A stretch of DNA of 64,000 nt, taken from positions 204,967 through 268,966 of the forward strand of contig CAWDPO010000023.1 of NCBI GenBank assembly GCA_963804165.1. Direction: 5' to 3'. Positions 1 to 10,279 of this stretch are shown piece after piece. The position numbers and the translations under genes were made by a program. The stretch comes from an uncultured delta proteobacterium (lineage in GTDB: Bacteria; Desulfobacterota; Binatia; UBA9968). The notes beneath the pieces are model-generated. The model saw nothing but the letters and a program-made list of their open reading frames with translations, was not told the origin of the DNA and did no database searches. How positions within the stretch are numbered: the stretch's first letter is position 1; each line of letters starts with the position of its first letter.

Positions 1-303
1 TCTCCAACGTGCCGAGACACAGCGCGACGCTTTGGACCACCTACGATTTTCTAGAAAAATGGCAGGTCGGCGGTGGTCCGACCTATGTCGGCAGCCGCTA
101 CTCGAATAATGCGAACGCTAACCGTGTCCCTGGATTCGTCCGATGGGATTCAACGATCGCGTACCAGATCACTCAGGAATATTCAGTTGCGGATCAACGC
201 AATTAATCTCACGAACCAGCTTTACTTCGACAGCATCTCGGGATCGAAAGCCGTGCCGGCTGCCGGTCGCACATTCCTCGGCAGCGCGAGCTTTAAGTTC
301 TAA
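1..303 (+). CDS. TonB-dependent (siderophore) receptor, C-terminal part; 5' end outside window, one apparent frameshift near 180
   Basis: ORF 9..206 (VPRHSATLWTTYDF...GGGPTYVGSRY...VPGFVRWD) continues in ORF 73..303 (LRINAINLTNQLYF...AGRTFLGSASFKF). This is a typical TBDR beta-barrel end with terminal Phe, upstream of a piuC-like gene. Confidence 0.85.
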
Positions 304-317
304 GGAGTTTTACATAA

Positions 318-998
318 GTGATTGTCCAGGTTCCCAATGTATTGAATACCGAACAGGTCGCGCGTTGCCGGGAAGTGATGAACCACGCGAGCTGGATCGA
401 CGGCAGGGTGACCGCGGGTTATCAGTCGGCCGTCGTAAAGGACAATCGCCAGTTGCCGGAGAATAGTCCGGAAGCGCGGGAGCTGGGCGATATGATCGTG
501 ACGGCCCTGGAGCGCAGCCCGCTGTTTATCACCGCGGCGTTGCCGCTCCGGGTCTTCCCGCCGCTGTTTAACCGCTACGAAGGCGGCGAAGCCTTCGGCG
601 CACATTTAGATAATTCAATCCGCCAGATTCCCTTCACTCCTTACCGCATTCGCACCGATATTTCGGCGACCCTGTTTCTCAGCGCGCCGCAAGACTACGA
701 CGGCGGCGAGCTGGTGATCGACGACGTCTACGGCGCGCACGCCGCCAAACTACCCGCAGGCGACATGGTGGTCTACCCGGCGAGTAGCCTGCACCACGTG
801 AATCCGGTGACGCGCGGTGTGCGTCTCGCGGCGTTTTTCTGGGTCCAAAGTATGGTGCGAGACGACGGCGAGCGCACGCTTCTCTTTGATCTCGACATGG
901 CAATCAACAAGGTCAATCAAGTGATACCCAACAACGGCGCTGTGGTGGAACTGACCAACTGCTATCACAACTTGTTGCGGCGCTTCGCGGAGGTGTGA
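318..998 (+). CDS. piuC: PKHD-type Fe(II)/2-oxoglutarate hydroxylase (PiuC/YbiX family)
   Basis: [53 protein letters not shown] and YHNLLR family motifs. Confidence 0.92.
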   Translation: MIVQVPNVLNTEQVARCREVMNHASWIDGRVTAGYQSAVVKDNRQLPENSPEARELGDMIVTALERSPLFITAALPLRVFPPLFNRYEGGEAFGAHLDNSIRQIPFTPYRIRTDISATLFLSAPQDYDGGELVIDDVYGAHAAKLPAGDMVVYPASSLHHVNPVTRGVRLAAFFWVQSMVRDDGERTLLFDLDMAINKVNQVIPNNGAVVELTNCYHNLLRRFAEV

Positions 999-999
999 C

Positions 1000-1542
1000 G
1001 TGAATGTTGTTGCTTGTCGGCGATTATATAATTTCTCGGCGGCTGTCCTTCTGCTCGTCGTCGGCTGCGCCACCGCTGCGCCGGTGGACGAATCGGCCTC
1101 GCGGGTCTCTGTCACTTTCATCGAACCGGAGAAGTTCACCGACGCGCGCCGTGCCGAGCTGGAGGAGACGTCGACGGGCATCCTCGGCGAACTGAAAAAT
1201 TTTATCGTCTTGACCGGCGCGCGCTACGTGCCCGAGAACATGAAATTGAATATCCGAGTCACCAACGTCGATCTCGCGGGCGATTTCGAGTTGTTTCGCG
1301 GTCCGCAAGCGGATCAAGTGCGCATCACCAAAGGTCTCTACCCGCCGCACATCGTGCTTGAGTTCGAGGTCATCGATAGCGCGGAGAAGGTCATCAAATC
1401 CGGCAAGCGCGATCTAACGGATATCGATTACCAATCGCGCAGCGTTAACCCGCGGGAGGACTACCTACGCTACGAAAAAGATATCTTGCGCGATTGGCTG
1501 CGCGCCGAATTCGCCGATCTCAAGAATCGCGCGGCGAGCTAG
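1000..1542 (+). CDS. DUF3016-like exported protein/lipoprotein
   Basis: Signal/lipobox-like LLVVGC; VTFIEPEKFTD, VTNVDLAG, YPPHI and LRYEKDILRDW motifs. Confidence 0.75.
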   Translation: MNVVACRRLYNFSAAVLLLVVGCATAAPVDESASRVSVTFIEPEKFTDARRAELEETSTGILGELKNFIVLTGARYVPENMKLNIRVTNVDLAGDFELFRGPQADQVRITKGLYPPHIVLEFEVIDSAEKVIKSGKRDLTDIDYQSRSVNPREDYLRYEKDILRDWLRAEFADLKNRAAS

Positions 1543-1563
1543 ACGGGAGGAAGAGGGTCAGCG

Positions 1564-3384
1564 ATGAAACTCCTACACAAGGTCATTTTTTGGAGCCACC
1601 TGCTCGCCGGCGTGATCGGCGGAGTCGTCATCTTCATCATGTCCGCGACCGGCGTGATCCTCATGTACGAATCGCAGATCACCGAGTATATCGAGCGCGA
1701 CGCGCGGCGAGTGATTCCGTCCGCCGACGGCAAGCGCTTGAGGTACGACGACCTGATCGGCAAAGTCCGCGACGCCAACCCCGACGCGCGCCCCGCGGCG
1801 ATCATCGTCAAGTCCGATCCCACTGCGTCGGTGGCGGTCAATCTCGGCCGCGAGAATACTGTCTTCGTCAATCCCTACAACGGCCAGCTCTTGGGTGGAC
1901 TGTCAGCAACGCACGACTTTTTGCATGACGTCGTCGATTGGCATCGCTGGCTCGGCGCCGAAGGCGAAGGCCGCGTCACAGCGCGCGCGATCACCGGAGC
2001 CTGCAACCTGGCGTTTTTCTGGCTCGCCGTTACTGGAGTTTATCTCTGGTGGCCGCGCAGCTGGCAATGGCGCGGATTGAAAATGAGTCTCCTATTCAGT
2101 ACCCGCTTGCGCGGCAAAGCGCGCGACTGGAATTGGCACAACGTCATCGGCTTTTGGTCTTCGGCCGTGCTCGTCGTACTTACGTTGACCGCTGCAGTCA
2201 TGTCTTACCCCTGGGCCAATGATCTACTCTACACGATCACCGGCAGCGAACCGCCACCGCGCCGCACGGAAGGCCCCGCCAGCGAGCCCGTTCAGGGAGC
2301 ACGGGCACGCGCTCGTGGCGAAGCTCGGACCGCTGTTCAGACGGCGAGCTTCGATGTTCTATTGGCGCGAGCGCAAGAGCAAGTGCCCGGTTGGGTGATG
2401 ATCATGCTGCGCATGCCGCCACGCGGTGATGGACCGGTCACGGCTACCATCCAGGGACCCGATGCCTTTCATCGTTTTGAGCGCTCGCAGCTCACGCTCC
2501 AGCGCGCCAGCGGCGACGTCGTCAAGTGGGAGCCCTATTCCAACAACAGCACCGGGCGAAAACTGCGTACCTGGGTGCGCGCGCTGCACACTGGCGAAGC
2601 ATTCGGCTTCCCCGGCCAGACCGTCGCCGGCCTCGCCTCTCTCGGCGGCTGCTTTCTCGTCTGGACCGGATTCGCGATGGCCTGGCGCCGCTTTCGATCT
2701 TGGCGCCGTACACAGAAAGAGTTTACTGCAGAGGAGTTCGTGATGAATCTAGATAGTGAGCAAATCAATATTCCCGATCAACACCAGGCCGAGAGCGAGA
2801 GCGTCGACCCCAGCATAGCAACCTCGTTAAGCGAAGCCCCAATCAGCGCGCCTAACGGTGCCAACGGCCATGGCCGCGCCGTACAGGATCTCGCGCGCGA
2901 ACGAGTGACGGCGCCGTTCAACGGCGAGTCGGTGTTGATTCTTTTCGGCACCGTGACCGGCAACTCGGAGACACTCGCCAAAAAACTGGCCGACACGCTG
3001 CGCGCAACCGGTCTCACCGTGCGGGTGCGCGACATGGCGCACTGTCAACCGACCGTGCTGACGCAGGCGAACTGTGTGCTGGTCGTGGCGAGCACCTACG
3101 GTGACGGCGAACCGCCCGACGACGCCGCGCCGTTTTGCGAAGCAGTCGTGCACGGCAACGGCCTCGATCTGAGGGGCGTGAAATATTCCGTGCTGGCGCT
3201 CGGCAATACGACCTACGATCATTTTTGCAAATGTGGCCGCGAGCTCGATGCTTCCCTTGAGCGCCACGGCGCCGTGCGTCTTTATCCGCGCGTCGATTGC
3301 GATGTCGACTATGATGATCTCGCCAGACGCTGGATCGAAGGCGTGCTCGCTACTCTGCGGCAAAACCATTCCGCATCGGCCTAA
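1564..3384 (+). CDS. PepSY-associated TM-helix protein (PiuB-like) fused to a C-terminal flavodoxin domain
   Basis: HLLAG, WHRWL, WHNVIGFW and LHTGE His motifs; C-terminal ILFGTVTGNSETLA, STYGDGEPPD, LALGNTTYDHFC. Confidence 0.88.
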   Translation: MKLLHKVIFWSHLLAGVIGGVVIFIMSATGVILMYESQITEYIERDARRVIPSADGKRLRYDDLIGKVRDANPDARPAAIIVKSDPTASVAVNLGRENTVFVNPYNGQLLGGLSATHDFLHDVVDWHRWLGAEGEGRVTARAITGACNLAFFWLAVTGVYLWWPRSWQWRGLKMSLLFSTRLRGKARDWNWHNVIGFWSSAVLVVLTLTAAVMSYPWANDLLYTITGSEPPPRRTEGPASEPVQGARARARGEARTAVQTASFDVLLARAQEQVPGWVMIMLRMPPRGDGPVTATIQGPDAFHRFERSQLTLQRASGDVVKWEPYSNNSTGRKLRTWVRALHTGEAFGFPGQTVAGLASLGGCFLVWTGFAMAWRRFRSWRRTQKEFTAEEFVMNLDSEQINIPDQHQAESESVDPSIATSLSEAPISAPNGANGHGRAVQDLARERVTAPFNGESVLILFGTVTGNSETLAKKLADTLRATGLTVRVRDMAHCQPTVLTQANCVLVVASTYGDGEPPDDAAPFCEAVVHGNGLDLRGVKYSVLALGNTTYDHFCKCGRELDASLERHGAVRLYPRVDCDVDYDDLARRWIEGVLATLRQNHSASA

Positions 3385-3397
3385 AAGGAGAGCTGCG

Positions 3398-4072
3398 ATG
3401 GTGCAATTGATTGTCAGCGCGATCTTGCTTTTGGCGTTGAGCCAAACCGCTTATGCTCATTTCGTCTGGCTCGAACGCGACGGCGACGGTCCGGCACGCG
3501 TCTACTTTGGCGAATGGATCGACGACATTCGCGAAAAAACCGGCGGCCTGCTCGACCGCTTCAAAGCGCCGCGCGCCTTTCTCGGCACGAGCAGCGAAGC
3601 GCTGCCGGTGAAGCGCAATGACAACCATCTAGAGATCGGCGCGAAAGGGCGCGGCGATGTCCGTTTCGTCGACAGCGGCGTGCCGGCGCGCGAAGACAAA
3701 GAAAAAGGCGGCGTCACCAAAACGATTTATTACGCCAAAGCCGGGCGTGCGGAAACCGCTGCAAAGCTCGATTTAGAGCTGGTGCCTACTGCAACGAACG
3801 GTAACACGGTTGTTCTGGTTTTTCTCGGCGCGCCGCTGCCGAAGGCTGAACTCACGATCATCGGCCCCTCCAAGTGGGAAAAGCCTCTCGTCACCGACGA
3901 GCAAGGGCGGGTGACGCTGCCAACACCCTGGGCCGGACGCTACGTATTGGAAGTCACCCATTTCGACGAGAAGCCCGGCGGCAGCGGCGAGGAAAAGTTT
4001 AGCCGCACGCGTCACATATCGTCGCTCTCGTTCGTGCAGCAAAGTGGCATACGCTGGACCGATAAACGCTAA
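3398..4072 (+). CDS. DUF4198-like periplasmic metal-related protein
   Basis: AAGGAG RBS before ATG 3398; signal peptide followed by AHFVWLE; LELVP and TDEQGRVTLP...GRYVL motifs. Confidence 0.75.
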   Translation: MVQLIVSAILLLALSQTAYAHFVWLERDGDGPARVYFGEWIDDIREKTGGLLDRFKAPRAFLGTSSEALPVKRNDNHLEIGAKGRGDVRFVDSGVPAREDKEKGGVTKTIYYAKAGRAETAAKLDLELVPTATNGNTVVLVFLGAPLPKAELTIIGPSKWEKPLVTDEQGRVTLPTPWAGRYVLEVTHFDEKPGGSGEEKFSRTRHISSLSFVQQSGIRWTDKR

Positions 4073-4095
4073 CCCTAATGATCGGTAGGTGAGAA

Positions 4096-4386
4096 ATGGA
4101 TAGTCTCGTACAGAAAGCATGGGAAATTTATCAAGTTATGGCGCGTTTTCCCGTTGAAACCATTCTCGAGGCCGCGCTCTGGCTCGAAGAATTGTACCGA
4201 AAAGCGCCTAACACCAACGTCGCAACGGCGATCGCGTTCCACTACTCTTTGCTGGCGTTGCGTGAAGACACCACGCTGGACTCGAAGAGCGCCCAGGAAT
4301 ATTGCGCCCGCGCGGCGCGCTGGCAAGTGGTGGCGACCGAATGTCGTGGAGTCTCCCTGTTGGAAGCTGTTACAAGGCAGAGCTGA
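4096..4386 (+). CDS. hypothetical protein
   Basis: 96-aa ORF with plausible RBS (AGGTGAG), collinear with the operon; no family recognised. Confidence 0.5.
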   Translation: MDSLVQKAWEIYQVMARFPVETILEAALWLEELYRKAPNTNVATAIAFHYSLLALREDTTLDSKSAQEYCARAARWQVVATECRGVSLLEAVTRQS

Positions 4387-4460
4387 CGAAAGCTTATCAG
4401 AGGTGCTCGTTTACAGGATCGTCAGAAAGGGCACGCTGAGTCCTCTCCCAGGTTGTGGGT

Positions 4461-5231
4461 CTATATATGGAAGAGACTGTGAACGTTTTGTGTAGTGACG
4501 CGAGCGACCTCTTCGAAGTCGATCTCTTTGATCTTTGCAATAGTCGCCGCCACAAAGCGGACATAAGCCGGCTCATTGCGCTTGCCGCGATGCGGCACAG
4601 GCGTTAAGTAAGGCGAATCGGTTTCGATGAACATTCTCTCTAGCGGAATTTTGCGGACCACGTCCCTTAGCGGTTCGGCATTCTTGAAAGTGATAATGCC
4701 GGTGAAGGAAAGGTAAAAGCCCATATCCAAATATGCGCGGGCCGCTTCATAATTACCGGTGAAGCAGTGGATCACGCCGTGCAGCTTCCCTTCGCCCTCG
4801 GAGCGCAATAACTCTGCCGCGTCATGCGCCGCATCGCGCTCGTGTACCACGATTGGCAAATCGGTATCACGTGCCATGCGAATGAACTGAGTGAAAACTC
4901 GGCGCTGAACGTCGCGCGGCGAGTGATTGTAATAGTAATCGAGCCCCGTCTCACCGACCGCGACAACTCTTGGATGCGCAGTTAATTCACGCAGCGCCCG
5001 CAATTCGTCATCGCCCACGTGCTTGGCGTCGTGCGGATGCATTCCCACCGTTGCATAAACGTTCGGAAACGAATTGGCTAGCGCGATCGCCTCGGTGTTG
5101 CTCGACATATCGCCCGCGCCGCCGACGGCGATGATCTTCTCAACTCCAGCATCGCGAGCGCGCGCGACTACAGCGTCGCGTTCGCCGGCATATTCTTTGC
5201 CTTGGATGTGCGCGTGACTATCGATGAGCAT
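4461..5231 (-). CDS. tatD: TatD family DNase
   Basis: MLIDSHAH, GMHPH, VGETGLDY, IHCF, ETDSPYLTP, RGKRNEP; usual position next to metG. Confidence 0.95.
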   Translation of the reverse strand: MLIDSHAHIQGKEYAGERDAVVARARDAGVEKIIAVGGAGDMSSNTEAIALANSFPNVYATVGMHPHDAKHVGDDELRALRELTAHPRVVAVGETGLDYYYNHSPRDVQRRVFTQFIRMARDTDLPIVVHERDAAHDAAELLRSEGEGKLHGVIHCFTGNYEAARAYLDMGFYLSFTGIITFKNAEPLRDVVRKIPLERMFIETDSPYLTPVPHRGKRNEPAYVRFVAATIAKIKEIDFEEVARVTTQNVHSLFHI

Positions 5232-5245
5232 TGCATCAGGAAGAA

Positions 5246-6787
5246 TTAGTTCTTTGTCTCGGTCTCAATGCGGGGAAAGAGAACTTTTGGCCCGTTGACC
5301 TTATGTCCGGATTGAAAGCCCTGTCCCCACCGCGCGGGCGACGCTGCTCCATGATCAACAAGCCCGAGCAAAGCGCGCAACTCTATCGCGGTGTCCGGCA
5401 TAAACGGAGCGAGAAGACGGGAAAGAGTTCTCACGACCTCAAGCAAGTGATGCAGCACTTCGCCGACGCGGCCCTGTTTTGCCGGATCTTTGATCATCGT
5501 GAACGGCGCAGTTTGGACGATGTAGCGATTCGCATGATCGAGCGCCGACCAGAGGGACTCTAAGGCGCGATGGAATTGTAGCTCCGCGATGTAGCTATTC
5601 AGCTCGTTTTCAGCCTGAATAAACTTGTCCCGCAACTCGAAATCTTCGGTGGTCCAATCGGAACTTAACGGCTGAACCGCACCGGCGAAATACTTTTGCT
5701 GCATTGCCAATACGCGGCTCACCAGGTTGCCCAAATTGTTCGCCAGATCGGCGTTGATCCGGGTTACCAACGCCTCCTCGGAGAACTTTGCGTCCTGACC
5801 AAAAGCCATTTCACGCAGCAGAAAATAGCGAAACGCGTCCATGCCGAAGCGCGCTTTCATCTCCAACGGGCGAATGACGTTGCCCAAGCTTTTCGACATC
5901 TTGCCGGAGTCCATCACCCAATAGCCGTGAACGTTCAGATGATCATAGAGCGGCAGGCCTGCAGCCATCAGCATCGTCGGCCAATAAATCGCGTGAGGTT
6001 TTAAAATATCTTTGGCGATAAGATGTTGAGCCTTGGGCCAAAACGATTGCAGCGAATCCCCGCCCCTGTGTTCCAAAGCACTCACGTAATTGAGCAGCGC
6101 ATCGAACCAAACATAGGTGACGTAATTTGCGTCGAAGGGCATGGGTATGCCCCATTGCAAACGACTGGTCGGACGCGAAATACAAAGGTCTTCCAGCGGC
6201 TCGCGCAGAAAGGCCAAGACTTCGGTGCGATAACGTTCGGGCCGAATGAGATTGGGTTTGCTTTGAATCGTGTCTATGAGTTGCTGCTGATACTTACTCA
6301 TGCGAAAAAAATAGTTCTTCTCGCTAATGTAATCCGGCACCGTCTGATGGTCCGGACACTTGCCGTCGACCAGCTCCTTCTCCGTGTAAAAGCGCTCGCA
6401 ACCGTAACAGTAAAAGCCGCCGTATTCGCCGAAATAAATGTCTCCGCCGTCATAGATCTTTTGCAGCACGCTCTGAACAAATTCTTTGTGGTATGAGTCG
6501 GTCGTGCGAATGAAGTGGTCGTAGGCAATGCCGCAAGTATCCCATGTCGAGCGAAACAGATTACTGATCCTGTCCGCGTACTCCTTTGGGTTCGTCCCAT
6601 CGGCGGCAGCCGCTTGCGCGATCTTATCGCCGTGCTCGTCGGTACCAGTGAGCAAAAATGTTTCGTACCCAATCGATTGGTAATAACGTTTCAGGGTATC
6701 GGCTACGACGGTCGTGTACGTATGGCCCAGATGAGGCTCAGCGTTGACGTAGTACAGCGGCGTGGTGATGTAGATCCTTTCCATCAC
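5246..6787 (-). CDS. metG: methionine--tRNA ligase (short form)
   Basis: YITTPLYYVN..HLGH, GTDEHG, Zn knuckle CxxC...CPDH, YVWFDAL, KMSKS. Confidence 0.97.
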   Translation of the reverse strand: MMERIYITTPLYYVNAEPHLGHTYTTVVADTLKRYYQSIGYETFLLTGTDEHGDKIAQAAAADGTNPKEYADRISNLFRSTWDTCGIAYDHFIRTTDSYHKEFVQSVLQKIYDGGDIYFGEYGGFYCYGCERFYTEKELVDGKCPDHQTVPDYISEKNYFFRMSKYQQQLIDTIQSKPNLIRPERYRTEVLAFLREPLEDLCISRPTSRLQWGIPMPFDANYVTYVWFDALLNYVSALEHRGGDSLQSFWPKAQHLIAKDILKPHAIYWPTMLMAAGLPLYDHLNVHGYWVMDSGKMSKSLGNVIRPLEMKARFGMDAFRYFLLREMAFGQDAKFSEEALVTRINADLANNLGNLVSRVLAMQQKYFAGAVQPLSSDWTTEDFELRDKFIQAENELNSYIAELQFHRALESLWSALDHANRYIVQTAPFTMIKDPAKQGRVGEVLHHLLEVVRTLSRLLAPFMPDTAIELRALLGLVDHGAASPARWGQGFQSGHKVNGPKVLFPRIETETKN

Positions 6788-7770
6788 TGTTCCCCCGCTA
6801 CGCCGAACAAGAGTTTTTCCAAGACCATGCGGCGGTTAAAATTGCGCTGGATCGCCGCGGCAGCGCTGACGGTTTTACCGATCAATACAGGGAGTTGTTC
6901 AACGACGATTTTAGCCGCCTGCTGTTCGATTTGCGGTAGCATGTCCAAATTTACCAATTCGTCCGATTGGTTCGTGACCCTATAAACTAACAGATCCCGA
7001 TACCAGCTCTCCGCCCACTGCAGAAATTTAAGCGCCTCATCGCGATCTTCGGCGAGCGCGTCTGCGGCCGCCATCGCCGAATGATAATCTCCAACCTTAA
7101 GCGAACTCAACATGCCCATCCAGACTTGTCTTTTTTCAACGAGGTCATCCTTATCCAATTTGACCGCGACGCCGATGCTGCCCATGCTCATCGCCGCAAC
7201 CAGCTCGGCATCATCCGCAGCTTGCCCACGCTTCGAACTTAGGTAATCCGCAACCTCCTGCCGCGCCAAAGGCGCGAAGCTCAACCGCAGACAGCGCGAT
7301 CGCAACGTCGCCAATAGCGCGCCTGCGCTTGGAGCAATCAAAATGATTATCGAGTTTTGCGGCGGCTCTTCGAGTGTTTTCAGCAAGGCGTTTTGTGCGG
7401 CGGAGTTCAGCAGCGTCGCCGGATCGATAATCATGATTTTTCGCTTGCCGGTAAACGACCGATAGTTCAGCTCGCGTTCGAGTTCGCGGATTTGTTGAAT
7501 GCTGATTTCTTTCTTGTCTGGGAGAGGCTCAATCACGCGCACATCGGGATGGTTGCCGTTGGCGATACGAGCGCAGTTGGCGCATTGGCCGCAAAAATCA
7601 TTGTTGACCGCTTGGCAGTGAATCGCTTTAGCGTAAGCCACCGCGACCATGCGCTTGCCCACGCCCTCAGGTCCCACGAACAGGTAAGCGTGGTGCAGGC
7701 GATCGCCCGCCAATGCCGAGCGTAGGATCGCGAGTTGTCTTTGATGACCGACAAGCTCTGTGAAGCTCAT
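6784..7770 (-). CDS. holB: DNA polymerase III delta' subunit
   Basis: HAYLFVGPEGVGK, CGQCANC, HPD, AQNALLKTLEEPP, TLRSRC; start placed at MSFTELVGH, overlapping the tmk stop. Confidence 0.95.
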   Translation of the reverse strand: MSFTELVGHQRQLAILRSALAGDRLHHAYLFVGPEGVGKRMVAVAYAKAIHCQAVNNDFCGQCANCARIANGNHPDVRVIEPLPDKKEISIQQIRELERELNYRSFTGKRKIMIIDPATLLNSAAQNALLKTLEEPPQNSIIILIAPSAGALLATLRSRCLRLSFAPLARQEVADYLSSKRGQAADDAELVAAMSMGSIGVAVKLDKDDLVEKRQVWMGMLSSLKVGDYHSAMAAADALAEDRDEALKFLQWAESWYRDLLVYRVTNQSDELVNLDMLPQIEQQAAKIVVEQLPVLIGKTVSAAAAIQRNFNRRMVLEKLLFGVAGEQ

Positions 7771-8414
7771 GTAACCAATTCCTGATCGATAATGCCACGA
7801 ATCTCCGCAGAAATTACTTCCACGGGCTTGGCGGCATTGATGACGCGAAAGCGCGAAGGTTCGTTCTGTGCCAAGTCGAGAAACCCCGCGCGAACTTTTT
7901 CGTGAAACTCGATCTTCTCGCGCTCGAAACGATCTTCCTGCACTCTGCCGGTCACCCGCTCGGCTTGCCTGCGAACCGTTCGCGCCAAACCGATGTCGAC
8001 GGGGCAATCCAGCAAGAATGTTAGATCTGGGCGCACGGCGCCACTCGCCGCATCGTTAAGCTGGCGCAGCCAATTGAGATCAATGTCGCGGCCGTAGCCC
8101 TGATAAGCGAGAGTGGAATCCGTGAAACGATCGCACAGCACGATCTTGCCCGCATCGATAGCCGGCAGGATGACTTCGTGTACATGCTGGGACCGATCCG
8201 CCAGATACAAGAACATTTCGGTTGATGAGGCGATTTCGTGATCGCCGACCTCCAGCAATACTTTTCGGATCAGCTTCCCAAGCGCCGTGCCTCCCGGCTC
8301 CCTCGTCACTAGGCACGGTCGTCTTTGTTGTCGGAGGTAATTCTCTAGCGCGCGGACCTGTGTGGTCTTGCCGGTGCCGTCTCCTCCTTCGAACGTGATC
8401 AGGCGGATCATCAC
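7767..8414 (-). CDS. tmk: thymidylate kinase
   Basis: ITFEGGDGTGKTTQ, REPGGT, DRFTDSTLAYQG, DRFE. Confidence 0.97.
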   Translation of the reverse strand: MMIRLITFEGGDGTGKTTQVRALENYLRQQRRPCLVTREPGGTALGKLIRKVLLEVGDHEIASSTEMFLYLADRSQHVHEVILPAIDAGKIVLCDRFTDSTLAYQGYGRDIDLNWLRQLNDAASGAVRPDLTFLLDCPVDIGLARTVRRQAERVTGRVQEDRFEREKIEFHEKVRAGFLDLAQNEPSRFRVINAAKPVEVISAEIRGIIDQELVT

Positions 8415-8511
8415 TTAGAAGAATGTAGAAAACGCGGGAAAGATGCAAACAGCTGTATCGAGTCTGTGTCGACTCGATACAAAATTGGCGAGCGGATTGA
8501 GTTAGGCGGGC

Positions 8512-8895
8512 TTAGGCTTTGCCTTCGCCCAAGAGCAAATTGATACCGTTGACTAACTGGGTGCTCGTGAACGGCTTCGTGATATAATAGTCAGCTCCTA
8601 GTTTGTAGCCGCCCAGAACATCTTCGTATTGCACTTTCGCCGTTAGCAAGATTACCGGGATGGTAGCGGTTTCGCTTTTACCCTTTAACCGCGTCAGCAC
8701 TTCCAAACCATCCATCTCCGGCATCATGATATCCAATATGATCAAGTCGGGCTTTTGGTTCGGCAGCATGTTTAGTAATTCAGGGCCACTGGACGCACTG
8801 AAGACAGTATAACCGCGCCCTTCCAGAATGGTTTTGACGATCGTAATGATATCGGGGTTATCGTCAACCACCATTATGGTCTTCTTTGTTTCCAT
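8512..8895 (-). CDS. single-domain response regulator (CheY-like)
   Basis: VVDD, DLIILDIMMPEMDG, LTA, YITKPF. Confidence 0.92.
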   Translation of the reverse strand: METKKTIMVVDDNPDIITIVKTILEGRGYTVFSASSGPELLNMLPNQKPDLIILDIMMPEMDGLEVLTRLKGKSETATIPVILLTAKVQYEDVLGGYKLGADYYITKPFTSTQLVNGINLLLGEGKA

Positions 8896-9094
8896 GCTCG
8901 CTCCCTCTTGCGCCTCTCCCATGATTGCTCTTCACCCACCAGTCTCATGCCGCTATAAGAAGCATTCGAACCTGTAGCTGTGTTGTACCTTTAAAAACCC
9001 GTCACAAAGGCCTTATAGGCTTGCCAAACCGTTGCAGATTAATAATTTACCATCTTGCAGGATCATTGTAAATTTAAAAGTCGTGGCCATCAAA

Positions 9095-10279
9095 TTAGGG
9101 GCTGGAAGTGCGCCAGTAGTCTTGCGAAACGAAGGAAGGCAATGCAACGTAAGCATTGCTGAGCGTCGTACTAGGAATCAGCTGTGCGGCCCGCCGCAAT
9201 GCTCCGCGGCTAAAAAGTAGACGTAAATTCCCCTGAATATCGAGAATTGCGGTGCTGCTTCCGGGGCTGCCGGTTTCGTTAATCACCACCGCGCCAAAAA
9301 TTTCTTTGCTTGTCAACGTCGAAACTTTGAGGCCCAGTTCTTGACCAGAAACGATCACCAACCCCTCCCAGCGAAACGAGCCGCTCAGGATCAAATCCGC
9401 GTTTTTGACCACCAGAATTCCTACGCCACTCATATTCCCCGTGAAGCTCACTGCGTCACCCGGCGCTGACAGGCCCTCGATACAATGGAGCTGTGGCGAA
9501 AGTTGGGAACCCCAAAGCTGATTTTCAAAACTCAGGTTTCCGTCACTAGGAATCGAATGCAGCGAAACACCGGGAGCAACGCATAAGTCGTTGGCCAATT
9601 GCGTAATGAGGTTCGCTGGGACATGACTGCTCAGCGCGAGCGCCGGCACGTCGATCGCGCTCTCCAGTATACCTAGCGGCGGAGAACTTCCCAACGCTTG
9701 CATGAACAGATCGCGCGACGCATCGTCGGCAACGGTGACTGCGCTTCGTGACTTCGCCTCGGGCAGAGGATTCCCGATTGCCGGATCATGGTCAAGGCCT
9801 GAAATAAATGTTGCGCCACCACTGAGATTGACGCGCGCGACGCTACCCCGCAGCCCGAGTGCGCCGTCAGCGAGGTCATAGGCCTTGGTAAGTTGAGCTT
9901 GGAGAACTTGGGAAGACGTGCCGATTGTTCCGATGGAGCGGACCACGACCCTCGCCGTCAACGGATCCGTCACGGCAGGGGACAGGGAGGAAACGGCGAA
10001 ACTGCCAGTAGCGAAAGACTTCGACTGGTTTGGCGGAGCAGGCGGAAAAGCGATATCGCCAGCAATTTCATTCTTGCTCCATTCAAGGCCGGCTGTTGAA
10101 TAGTAAAAGGCCTCTGTACCGCCACGTAAATTGCTCAACACGCGATAGTCATTTTGCATCATTACGCGGATACCGATGCCGACGGCCAGCAAGATGGAGA
10201 GGATCGCGAGCGAGCTCATGAGCACCATTCCCCGTGAGTCCCGCAGTCGCTTCCCACTGATATTGATACGATTGAACAT
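9095..10279 (-). CDS. PilX-like minor pilin (cluster A)
   Basis: RG|MVLMSSLAIL prepilin-like N-terminus without E5; GVGILVVKN.DL...GSFRWEGLVIV C-terminal region similar to 12505..13644. Confidence 0.75.
   Translation of the reverse strand: MFNRINISGKRLRDSRGMVLMSSLAILSILLAVGIGIRVMMQNDYRVLSNLRGGTEAFYYSTAGLEWSKNEIAGDIAFPPAPPNQSKSFATGSFAVSSLSPAVTDPLTARVVVRSIGTIGTSSQVLQAQLTKAYDLADGALGLRGSVARVNLSGGATFISGLDHDPAIGNPLPEAKSRSAVTVADDASRDLFMQALGSSPPLGILESAIDVPALALSSHVPANLITQLANDLCVAPGVSLHSIPSDGNLSFENQLWGSQLSPQLHCIEGLSAPGDAVSFTGNMSGVGILVVKNADLILSGSFRWEGLVIVSGQELGLKVSTLTSKEIFGAVVINETGSPGSSTAILDIQGNLRLLFSRGALRRAAQLIPSTTLSNAYVALPSFVSQDYWRTSSP

Noticed and set aside
6784-8007. 407-aa HolB with N-terminal extension, and similar long upstream extensions (3233, 15241, 22361, 29730)
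   Set aside because: The extensions overlap neighbouring genes or non-coding DNA; downstream starts fit the families better.
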